From contig JAFGTR010000020.1 of assembly GCA_016934055.1 (NCBI GenBank), positions 628 through 64,627 of the forward strand: a DNA stretch of 64,000 bases, written 5' to 3'. The stretch's first letter is position 1. Each line of letters opens with the position of its first letter. The position numbers were made by a program, and so were the translations under genes. The stretch comes from Bacteroidales bacterium (GTDB lineage Bacteria; Bacteroidota; Bacteroidia; Bacteroidales; UBA10428). Positions 1-8,145 of this stretch are shown piece by piece. The notes beneath the pieces were generated by a model. That model was given only the letters and a program-made list of their open reading frames with translations, was not told the DNA's origin and made no database searches.

Positions 1-291
1 GGCCCTGAGGTGCTTCTTCAACACGTTTTTCATGCCTGTTAATTTAAAGAGACCCGTCCTTGGCAGGGTAATCTGTACAAAATCAAAAAGATTATGGCCA
101 ATGTAGATTTCCAGTATTTCCTCTGGTGTATACCCGTCAGCATAGAATGCTCCGGCGATCGCTCCGGCACTGACACCGGAGATAATGCCTGGCTTGAGAC
201 CTTTTTCTTCAAGGGCCTTTAACACACCCAGGTGTGCAAAACCCCGCGCAGCACCGCCGCTAAGCACCAGACCCACATCATATTTTGCCAT
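1..291 (-). CDS. patatin-like phospholipase, N-terminal 97 codons (gene continues beyond left edge)
   Basis: Own translation of the minus strand from the ATG at 291-289 gives [54 protein letters not shown]... It carries the patatin GGxRG oxyanion motif and the GxSxG (GVSAG) nucleophile elbow. It is absent from the ORF track because it is truncated. Confidence 0.8.
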   Translation of the reverse strand, partial: MAKYDVGLVLSGGAARGFAHLGVLKALEEKGLKPGIISGVSAGAIAGAFYADGYTPEEILEIYIGHNLFDFVQITLPRTGLFKLTGMKNVLKKHLRA

Positions 292-415
292 GATTGTTGT
301 TTTATGCCGTAATTGGAATGATTAAGACCGAAAAAAAGCAAATCTACTTTTTTTATGCTATAATTGAACCAATATGCGTTTATTATTGTTATAAGAATAA
401 CATCATCATATCGCC

Positions 416-1423
416 ATGAAAACAAAAATTGCTTTTTTTGATACAAAGCCATATGATAAAGAATCATTCAACGAGATCAACAAATCATATGGTTTTGACA
501 TAAAATACTTCAGGTACCATCTTACCCCCGACAATATTGTGCTGGCCCAGGGTTTTGATGTGGTGATCGTATTTGTCAATGACATCATCAATGATGAGAT
601 GGTGCATAAACTCGTTGACTACGGTGTAAAAATCATAGCTCTGCGATGTTCGGGTTTTAACAACATCGACCTGAAAGCGGCCCTTGGAAAGATCAAAATT
701 CTGCGTGTGCCTGCCTATTCACCGAATGCCATTGCTGAACATACGGTTGCCCTCATGCTGTCGCTTAACCGGAAGATACACAGGGCTTATTTCCGCACCC
801 GTGATGCCAACTTTGCCTTGCAGGGCCTGCTGGGTTTCAACATGCACGGTAAAACAGCCGGTGTCATCGGCACAGGCCGTATCGGCAAAGCCCTGATAAA
901 AATCCTCAGGGGTTTCGAAATGAAGGTGATAGCCTATGATAAATATATAGATCATGATTTTGCACTGGAAAACAGGATTGAATATGTCGGACTGGATGAA
1001 GTCTTCAGCCGGTCTGATATTATTTCACTCAACTGTCCGCTGACAAAAGAAACCGAATACCTGATCAACCGTGATTCCATTGCCCTTATGAAAAGGGGGG
1101 TGATGATCATCAACACCGGCAGGGGAAAGCTGATAAAAACAGCCGATCTCATCAATGCTTTAAAAAGTGGCAGGGTGGGATCGGCCGGACTTGACGTCTA
1201 TGAAGAAGAAAGCAAATTCTTTTTTGAAGATCTGTCTGACCGTGTGCTGACTGATGACATCCTTGCACGCCTGCTCACCTTCAACAATGTGATCATAACT
1301 TCACACCAGGGATTTTTTACACAGGAAGCGCTTTATAACATTGCCTCAACAACCATGCAGAACATTCAGGATTTTCTGGATAAGAAGCCGCTTGTGAATG
1401 AAGTCTGTTATAACTGTCCGTAG
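416..1423 (+). CDS. ldhA: D-lactate dehydrogenase / D-isomer-specific 2-hydroxyacid dehydrogenase
   Basis: 335 aa. N-terminus MKIAFFDTKPYD-like, NAD-binding GxGxxG (GVIGTGRIGKA), catalytic-domain pattern RVPAYSPNAIAEH ... NTGRG ... SHQGFFT typical of fermentative D-LDH. Confidence 0.85.
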   Translation: MKTKIAFFDTKPYDKESFNEINKSYGFDIKYFRYHLTPDNIVLAQGFDVVIVFVNDIINDEMVHKLVDYGVKIIALRCSGFNNIDLKAALGKIKILRVPAYSPNAIAEHTVALMLSLNRKIHRAYFRTRDANFALQGLLGFNMHGKTAGVIGTGRIGKALIKILRGFEMKVIAYDKYIDHDFALENRIEYVGLDEVFSRSDIISLNCPLTKETEYLINRDSIALMKRGVMIINTGRGKLIKTADLINALKSGRVGSAGLDVYEEESKFFFEDLSDRVLTDDILARLLTFNNVIITSHQGFFTQEALYNIASTTMQNIQDFLDKKPLVNEVCYNCP

Positions 1424-1437
1424 GGAAGAGTCCCTCC

Positions 1438-4400
1438 CTAAATCCCTCCCCCAGGTGGGGAGGGGTCGGGGGGTGGGGCTTCCGGTAAGGCAAAGCTGAA
1501 TGTGCTGCCCTTGCCTTCCTCACTGTGAACCGATATCTTACCTTCGTGAATTTCGATAAATTCCTTGCTTATCATAAGGCCTAAGCCTGATCCTTTCTCC
1601 CCCTGCGTGCCTCTTTGAATCTCCTGTTTAACAGGATTGAAAATGGTCTTCATAACACTTTTCGGCATCCCAATACCTGTATCGGTAACAGAAACATGTA
1701 CTTTTTTACCTTTCTTTTCAGCGCTGAGCGTTATGCTGCCATCTGCAGATGTAAACTTGATGGCATTGTTCACCAGGTTCCTGATAACAGTACTTATCAT
1801 ATCCTCATCGGCAAAAACTTCAAGATCATCGGGGATATCGACATGAAGCGTGATCTTTTTTTCTTTCAGCGTATGCTGGAAAACAGGGGCAATGGCTCTC
1901 ACAGCCTCATTAATCCGGAAAACCTTCTTGTTAACAAATATGTTACCTGATTGTGACCTGGCCCATTTCAGCATGTTCTCAAGCAGTTCATGAATCCGGC
2001 CGGATGAAGTCCTGATCATACTGATTATCTTAATCTTCTGATTGTCATCAATCTTATGAAAATCCCGCGTTAAAAGGTCAGTAAAACCCAGTAATGTGTT
2101 AAAAGGATCTTTAAGGTCATGGGCTATCAATGAGAACAATTTGTCTTTTGTGGTGTTAGCCTGCTTTAATTCCTGGTTGGCATGGATGAGGTCCGCAGCC
2201 TGGTACTGGAGTTGTTCTGCCTGTTCTTCAATATGCTGTTGCCGTTCCTCGAGCAGCGCATTTGTTTCATTCAGTTCTGTTGCCTGTTCCTCCAGTAATT
2301 TGTTTTTTTCACTCAGTTCCATTGTTCTTACCCTGACTTCCTTTTCGAGCTTTGCCTTCTGTTTATGAAGCTGTTTGACCCTGATGCGATAAAAGCCTGC
2401 AAAAACAGAAAGTATCAGCAAAGCCATCAAAAAACGGAAAATAAAAGTCTTATACCACGGAGGCATAACGATCACCTCAATGGAAGCGCCTTCAAGATTC
2501 CAATACCCGTCATTATTGGACGCAATGACCCTGAACACATACTTTTTCGGATCGAGGCTTGTATAGGTGGCTTCCCTTTTATTCCCGGCTTTAATCCATT
2601 CTTTATCAAAGCCTTCAAGTTTATAAGCGTACTGGTTCCTGAAGGTGTTGATCATGTTAAGGGCCAGAAATTCGAAAGTCACGACATCATCCTTCGCATC
2701 AAGTTTAATACTCCTGGTGTAACGTATGTCCTTCTGTAAAATTCCCTTTTCTGAAAATCCTTCAACTTCCTTATTGAAAATTTTTAACCCGGTGATCAAC
2801 ACCCTGGGCGGGCTTTCATTGTATTTAATCTTCCCGGGTGTTACCAGGTTCACCCCTTTATTTCCGCCAAAAAACATTGTATACTCTTCATTGACAAAAC
2901 CGGCCCTTGGGTATATTTCACCCGACAGGATACCATCATGCTGATCGAAGTTCTTACATTCACCTGTTACAGGATTGAGCCTTGTAATACCCTTGGTGGT
3001 GCCAATCCATAAAATACCTTTGTCATCTCCTAAAATTACATTGATAATGTTACTCTCAAATCCGTTGTTATACCGCACGAAATTGTTGCTGTCGGCATTA
3101 TACATATTAAGGCCGTCATTTGTACCTATCCACACACGCCCTATATAGTCTTCAAACAATGAGATAACCGTATTATCGGTAAGACTGTTTATGTTATTAT
3201 CATACTTATAATAGTTCTCAAAAACACTTTTGTCCTTTTCAAGCTTACTCAGGCCCCACACGGTTGCCACCCAGATGTTGCCGTTTTGGTCATGCATGAC
3301 CTGATAGCAATAGTCATTTGACAGGTTATTGTTCTTCTGGTTATAATGATAGAAAATCCCTTCCTCCCTGTCGAATCTGTCGATACCTTTACCGTGTACC
3401 ACAATCCAAAGGTCACCGTTCTCATCTTCGGTTATTGACCGGATGTCATTGTTGGCAATGCTTGTGGTGTCATCCGGATTGTTTCTTGTGCTGTAAAAAC
3501 GACATGTTGCAGGTTCATAATACTGCAATCCGCCCATGTTGGTTCCTACCCACATAACATTATTCCTGTCAGTGAAAAAACAGAATACGGCGCCTGCACC
3601 AAGGCCGTATTTGTCGTCCGGATTGTTGACATACCTTATTGTACGGCCTTCATTCCAATAAAAAATATCAATGCCGTTTGACGGATTTCCCAGCCACAGG
3701 CTGCCGTTTTTGTCTATACCGACAGCCGAGATGACATTGGATGAGACATACCAGTATTTGTCGGGAGAATCATCAAAGAATTGAAAACCTTTTGGGACAA
3801 CTGATAAACAAACACCTTCACCACTGTGCATGGTCCAGTAATTGCCCTGAGCATCCTGAAAAATACCTCCACAGGCATATTTAATCGAATAAGGATCACT
3901 TTCAAGGGGATAATAGCCTGTTAACAGGTCGTTTTCAGCATCATAAACTTTTAAACTTGTAACGTCAACCGTCCAGACCCTGTTATCACGGTCAATATAA
4001 ACTTTCCTGGCATACAGTTCATATTGGTTTTCCACCGGAAACCTTCTGAAAATCCCGGTTTTAATATCATAACAATTGATACCGCCATCATATGTGGCAA
4101 TCCACAGTTTGTCACCCTGCAACCCAAGACTCACAGGTGAATTACTGCTGACAGAATGAGGATCTTTCTCATCGTGAAAAAATTCTGATACATGACCGGT
4201 AGTGACATTCAGATGGATCAGTCCCCCTTCTTTTCTTACACCAATCCATATATTATCCTCCTCATCGAGGATAAATGAGGCGATATCGCCTTTTTCAATG
4301 TTAAACAACACTTTAAAATCCCGGTCACCTTCCTGAAACCTTGCAATTTCCAGTGTATTGGCTATATAAATATTACCTTTGCTGTCTTCCCTGATATCGA

Positions 4401-4797
4401 TGATTTCAAAAGCCGAAAGACCTGAAGAATCTGTGAGATGAGAAATCCATTCAAAATGATCATATTCGGGCACATAATAACAAAGCCCGCGATGGGTGCC
4501 AACCCAGAGCCGGCCATGTGAATCAAGGAATAATATGCTTATTTCATTATCGATCAGGCTATGATCATCACCAATAACAAATTTATATCCTTTAAGGCTG
4601 TATCCGTCAAAACGGTTTAACCCGCTTTGTGTTCCTATCCAGATGTAGCCGAGTGTATCCTGGGCAATAGCGGTAACATTGCTATTGGTCAGTTCAAGAT
4701 TATGCAAAGGATCAATAAACCGTAAGTCAGGCCTTTGTGAAAAAATGCAGGAAATCGTTAATGATACTGTTAATGTAAAAAGAATTGACCTTTTCAT
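1438..4797 (-). CDS. sensor histidine kinase with periplasmic two-component-regulator beta-propeller and Y_Y_Y domains (HTCS-like, but no receiver or AraC output)
   Basis: ORF 1438..4839. I place the start at the ATG at 4797 (MKRSILFTLTVSL signal/TM). Many IW(I/V)GT..GL propeller-blade repeats, one TM (FIFRFLMALLILSVFAGFY), a coiled coil, H-box SLIAHDLKDPFNT, and ATPase boxes NLVNNAIKFT, DTGIGM, GSGLGL. The protein ends right after the ATPase domain. Confidence 0.85.
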   Translation of the reverse strand: MKRSILFTLTVSLTISCIFSQRPDLRFIDPLHNLELTNSNVTAIAQDTLGYIWIGTQSGLNRFDGYSLKGYKFVIGDDHSLIDNEISILFLDSHGRLWVGTHRGLCYYVPEYDHFEWISHLTDSSGLSAFEIIDIREDSKGNIYIANTLEIARFQEGDRDFKVLFNIEKGDIASFILDEEDNIWIGVRKEGGLIHLNVTTGHVSEFFHDEKDPHSVSSNSPVSLGLQGDKLWIATYDGGINCYDIKTGIFRRFPVENQYELYARKVYIDRDNRVWTVDVTSLKVYDAENDLLTGYYPLESDPYSIKYACGGIFQDAQGNYWTMHSGEGVCLSVVPKGFQFFDDSPDKYWYVSSNVISAVGIDKNGSLWLGNPSNGIDIFYWNEGRTIRYVNNPDDKYGLGAGAVFCFFTDRNNVMWVGTNMGGLQYYEPATCRFYSTRNNPDDTTSIANNDIRSITEDENGDLWIVVHGKGIDRFDREEGIFYHYNQKNNNLSNDYCYQVMHDQNGNIWVATVWGLSKLEKDKSVFENYYKYDNNINSLTDNTVISLFEDYIGRVWIGTNDGLNMYNADSNNFVRYNNGFESNIINVILGDDKGILWIGTTKGITRLNPVTGECKNFDQHDGILSGEIYPRAGFVNEEYTMFFGGNKGVNLVTPGKIKYNESPPRVLITGLKIFNKEVEGFSEKGILQKDIRYTRSIKLDAKDDVVTFEFLALNMINTFRNQYAYKLEGFDKEWIKAGNKREATYTSLDPKKYVFRVIASNNDGYWNLEGASIEVIVMPPWYKTFIFRFLMALLILSVFAGFYRIRVKQLHKQKAKLEKEVRVRTMELSEKNKLLEEQATELNETNALLEERQQHIEEQAEQLQYQAADLIHANQELKQANTTKDKLFSLIAHDLKDPFNTLLGFTDLLTRDFHKIDDNQKIKIISMIRTSSGRIHELLENMLKWARSQSGNIFVNKKVFRINEAVRAIAPVFQHTLKEKKITLHVDIPDDLEVFADEDMISTVIRNLVNNAIKFTSADGSITLSAEKKGKKVHVSVTDTGIGMPKSVMKTIFNPVKQEIQRGTQGEKGSGLGLMISKEFIEIHEGKISVHSEEGKGSTFSFALPEAPPPDPSPPGGGI
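1444..1464. terminator. perfect 8-bp G:C hairpin (ccctcccc-caggt-ggggaggg) between convergent ldhA and kinase genes; possible bidirectional terminator
   Basis: Inverted repeat read directly from the sequence. It lies 21 nt after the ldhA stop and inside the last codons of the minus-strand kinase ORF. There is no clean U-tract. Confidence 0.45.
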
Positions 4798-4906
4798 GAT
4801 CTTAAGATAAAGAAAAAAAGGCAATTCTGCATAAAACATTCATGAAAATCAGAAGAAAATTTATTTGAACGGCAATGAGAACATATCAGAACAGGATTTT
4901 TTGGAT

Positions 4907-5064
4907 GAAGTCTGAATTGGGATTTGCGGGATTTTGGGATTGTTTGGATTGTTGGGGAGAGGTCGTGCGGTCTTGCAGTCGCGAAGAAAGACCTGCCAGG
5001 GTCTTTATGACCTGGCAGGGTCGGTTAGAGAAGTCTGAATTTGGATTTATGGGATTGTGGATAT
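4907..5064 (+). repeat. two direct copies of gaagtctgaatt(g/t)ggattt..gggatt.. (4907-4942 and 5029-5064), G/T-rich short-period tract
   Basis: Aligned by eye, about 29 of 35 positions identical. The tract is part of mosaic element locus 1. Confidence 0.7.
4988..5021. repeat. two small hairpins agacc-tgccag-ggtct (4988-5003) and gacc-tggcag-ggtc (5008-5021); a third copy lies at 37763-37778
   Basis: Sequence identity read directly. The same 14-16-nt word occurs in the left and right parts of the window. Confidence 0.7.
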
Positions 5065-5072
5065 GTAAACTT

Positions 5073-5109
5073 ATGTCTTCAAACCCGGAGGGTTTGTATG
5101 TTTATAGAA
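5073..5109 (+). repeat. 37-nt conserved hairpin module H1 (atgtcttCAAACCCggaGGGTTTGtatgtttatagaa), copy 1 of 3
   Basis: Identical to 62332-62368 and 35/37 identical to 52519-52555. The stem is a perfect 7 bp with a 3-nt loop. Confidence 0.9.
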
Positions 5110-5130
5110 AACGCATGTAAAATCGACAAA

Positions 5131-5159
5131 CGACCCCGTTAGGGGTCGCATGTCAATCA
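5131..5159. repeat. hairpin module H2 (cGACCCC-gtta-GGGGTCg + catgtcaatca), copy 1 of 2; on the minus strand it could serve as the gpmA terminator
   Basis: Second copy at 62391-62418 has the same stem, a different loop (atca) and the same 11-nt tail. On the minus strand this hairpin lies 18 nt after the gpmA stop and is followed by tttgtcgatttt. Confidence 0.75.
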
Positions 5160-5166
5160 ACAAAAC

Positions 5167-5916
5167 TTATTTTGCCTTTCCCTGGCTGGCAACGGCATCC
5201 ATGGCCTTTTTTATGGCTTCCTGATCACCCAGATAATAATGTTTAATGGGTTTCAGATCTTCATCGAGTTCGTAAACCAGCGGAACCCCGGTAGGAATAT
5301 TGAGGCTGATAACTTCTTCATCGCTCATATTGTCGAGGTATTTGACAAGAGCCCGCAGACTGTTCCCGTGGGCTGCAATCAACACCCTTTTTCCTGATTT
5401 AATGGCAGGAGCTATGGTTTCATGCCAGTAAGGCAAAAATCTTTCAACTGTGTCTTTCAGGCATTCCGTAAGAGGAAGATCATTTTTATCCACATCGTTA
5501 TACACATCCTGATTACCGGGATAACGCGGATCACTTGTCTCCAGCGGAGGAGGCGGAACATCGTAACTGCGACGCCATATCTTCACTTTTTCTTCACCAT
5601 GGGCAGCTGCAGTCTCCGCTTTGTTAAGCCCCTGCAGGGAGCCGTAATGCCTTTCGTTGAGCCTCCATGTCTTGATCCATGGAATCCAGAGCTGATCCAT
5701 CTCTTCAAGTGCCAGCCATAAAGTTCTCAAAGCTCTTTTTAACACCGAAACATAGGCGACATCAAACTGAAAACCTTCTTTTTTCATGATCCTTCCGGCA
5801 GCACGTGCTTCTTCCATTCCTTTTTCAGAAAGATCAACGTCAGTCCAGCCTGTAAACCGGTTTTCTTTATTCCAGGTACTTTCACCATGGCGTAATAAGA
5901 CAACTTTGTACATCAT
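5167..5916 (-). CDS. gpmA: 2,3-bisphosphoglycerate-dependent phosphoglycerate mutase
   Basis: 249 aa, with the RHGESTWN phosphohistidine motif and a full-length dPGM pattern ([13 protein letters not shown] ... AHGNSLRAL). Confidence 0.95.
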   Translation of the reverse strand: MMYKVVLLRHGESTWNKENRFTGWTDVDLSEKGMEEARAAGRIMKKEGFQFDVAYVSVLKRALRTLWLALEEMDQLWIPWIKTWRLNERHYGSLQGLNKAETAAAHGEEKVKIWRRSYDVPPPPLETSDPRYPGNQDVYNDVDKNDLPLTECLKDTVERFLPYWHETIAPAIKSGKRVLIAAHGNSLRALVKYLDNMSDEEVISLNIPTGVPLVYELDEDLKPIKHYYLGDQEAIKKAMDAVASQGKAK

Positions 5917-5980
5917 ATTTGGATTTTAATGTTTAATCGGATGGCAAATATACAAAACACCATATCAATGCAAAACGAAA

Positions 5981-6883
5981 TCAGCTTTTATGAATCATAT
6001 TTTTGTCATCACAACAGTTGAATTCATGCTGAACAGTAACATGGGTAATGCCGAATTTTTCCAGCAGGATATGACGGATATTTTCATTAATATGTTCTGT
6101 ATCACTAACTTTAATATCCTCCGTCAGGTCAACATGACATTCAAAATGAATCTCCCTGTCGGTCAGATTCCAGGCATGCACATGATGGATATTATCAATC
6201 CCGGGCAGGCTTTCAAGTTCATTCTTTATAACATTCAGATCCATACCGTGCGGCGTTTCCTGCATCAGGATGCCAATGGTCTGGCGGATAATTTCATAGG
6301 TCTCTTTCAGCAAATACAGGCCCAGCAGGATTGTGACAAGCGGATCTATCCAGAACAACCTGAGGGAAAAGATAAGAACGGCCCCTGCAATAACAAGCAC
6401 AGATGAGATCGTATCGCCCAGCAGATGCAGATATGCAGCCCTTATGTTGATGCTTTTTGAAGCATCTCTTTTCAGCAATATCACTGATATAAGGTTTCCG
6501 GCAAAACCAATGACGGCAACAACGAACATCAGAGTTCCTTTTACCAGTTCAGGGTTCTGAAACCGCTTAAAAGCTTCAATAAACAAATAAATAATGATGA
6601 CGATAAGAACAACGGCGTTAAAAAGAGCAGCCAGGATCTCAATGCGTTTATAACCGAATGTTTTTTTATCACTGTATTTCCTTTTACTGACAAGATTGGC
6701 AAAATAGGCAATGATAACCGCAGAAGTATCACCGAGGTTATGCAGGGCATCGGAAAGAAGGGCAAGACTGTTGGATATGAGTCCGCCGGCTATCTCAGCA
6801 ACCGTTATAACCAGGTTTAATAACGCTGAGATAAGGAGGTTTCTCTGACTGGAATCCGTTTCCTTATGATGATGATGTCCCAT
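5981..6883 (-). CDS. cation diffusion facilitator family metal efflux transporter (CzcD/ZitB-like)
   Basis: 300 aa. His-rich N-terminus MGHHHHKE, six hydrophobic helices, metal-site motifs SDALHNLGD and HLLGD, and a C-terminal cytoplasmic domain. Confidence 0.85.
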   Translation of the reverse strand: MGHHHHKETDSSQRNLLISALLNLVITVAEIAGGLISNSLALLSDALHNLGDTSAVIIAYFANLVSKRKYSDKKTFGYKRIEILAALFNAVVLIVIIIYLFIEAFKRFQNPELVKGTLMFVVAVIGFAGNLISVILLKRDASKSINIRAAYLHLLGDTISSVLVIAGAVLIFSLRLFWIDPLVTILLGLYLLKETYEIIRQTIGILMQETPHGMDLNVIKNELESLPGIDNIHHVHAWNLTDREIHFECHVDLTEDIKVSDTEHINENIRHILLEKFGITHVTVQHEFNCCDDKNMIHKS

Positions 6884-6920
6884 ATCATAATAAAAACAAA
6901 ATACCGGTTATGAACCGGCT

Positions 6921-8045
6921 TTATTTCAGTGCTTCTGTGCTCCTGTTCGTGCGAATGATCATGATGACAAGACCTGCGAGGACAAAGGGAATGCTCAGCA
7001 ACTGGCCCATGTTAAGGGCCATCCCTTCTTCAAAAGCCTCCTGATTCTCTTTCATGAATTCAATAAAGAAACGGGCTGAAAAAACCAGGAAGAAAAATGC
7101 GCCGAGTATGAAGCCGTTTAGGGTATACTTTCTGTATTTCAAATAGACACCTAAAAGCAGAAAGAAGATCAGAAGATAGGCACCGGCCTCATAAATCTGC
7201 GTTGGGTGCCTTGGAATGCCGTAAACACGGGCTGTCATGACATAGTTCCGGCCCTGTTTTTCATGTTCTGTTTTCAACCTTGTGATATCCGGATGCACAA
7301 CATTGTCCTGGTACTCCTTTTTGAACAGGGCAAAAGAGAGGGCCTTTTTTGTAAAATCATCGGCCACCGCTTCTTGTTTGATCTTACCGGACAATGTTAT
7401 TTTCATATCAAGCGGCACAGTATTTTCAGGCGTAACCGTATCCGCACTGCCTTTTTCATACTGCACCTTTTTGAAATACTTATCAGTGTCGCCATAGGTA
7501 AGCAGGTAAGTGAAATCACGCACAAAAACATAACCATAACGGCTTTCTGTGGGCTTGCCATAGATCTCTGAATTCATCAGGTTGCCCGTGCGGATCAGCG
7601 CACCGCCCAGAGCAGTGACAATGACAATTACATCAAGTGTCCACAAATACGAAGTTTTCGTTTTGCGTGCAAACAGATAGAGTCCGATAAGAATGCCAAT
7701 AGCAGCACCGTGACTGGCAAGACCTTGAAAACCGGTGAATTCAAAATCCTCACCGATGGTTCCGCGCCATGGCAGAATGATCTCCAACGGATGCTGCATA
7801 TAATAGCTGAATTCATAAAACAGACAGTGCCCCAGCCGGGCACCGATTATGGTGCTAATGACCATATAAATGGTAAGCTTATCAAGTAATTCAACAGTAT
7901 ATCCTTCCTTTTTAAAGATCTTCATCAGGATAATGTAACCAAAAATAAAAGCCAGAGCAAAGAGGATGCTGTAATAACGAATCTCAAACCTGCCAAAATC
8001 AACTATTTGCGGTTTAAGGTTCCAGATGATGTAATGCAATACCAT
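6921..8045 (-). CDS. lgt: prolipoprotein diacylglyceryl transferase with an enlarged periplasmic insert
   Basis: 374 aa. Lgt motifs GARLGHCLFYE, RTGNLMNSEIYG and RHPTQIYEA are present. About 118 aa separate the YG motif from RHPTQ. Confidence 0.9.
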   Translation of the reverse strand: MVLHYIIWNLKPQIVDFGRFEIRYYSILFALAFIFGYIILMKIFKKEGYTVELLDKLTIYMVISTIIGARLGHCLFYEFSYYMQHPLEIILPWRGTIGEDFEFTGFQGLASHGAAIGILIGLYLFARKTKTSYLWTLDVIVIVTALGGALIRTGNLMNSEIYGKPTESRYGYVFVRDFTYLLTYGDTDKYFKKVQYEKGSADTVTPENTVPLDMKITLSGKIKQEAVADDFTKKALSFALFKKEYQDNVVHPDITRLKTEHEKQGRNYVMTARVYGIPRHPTQIYEAGAYLLIFFLLLGVYLKYRKYTLNGFILGAFFFLVFSARFFIEFMKENQEAFEEGMALNMGQLLSIPFVLAGLVIMIIRTNRSTEALK

Positions 8046-8145
8046 AATATAATAACAATTTACTTAATGCAAATCTAATAAAACTCCTTGTACGGCAATA
8101 CTTTTGTTGACTATATTTGCGTTACGATAACAATTGCTTTCTTTT

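Noticed and set aside
4875-5120. 81-aa ORF in the track (and likewise 62157..62366 and 62290..62499) lying over the mosaic repeats
   Set aside because: The translations are low-complexity read-through of tandem repeats and hairpins (KSELGFAGFWD/KSEFGFMGLWI, NENENENE, MRMRMRMRM). They differ between loci except over the 37-nt module, so they are not protein genes. Only the short ATG-initiated frame is kept as a low-interest hypothesis.
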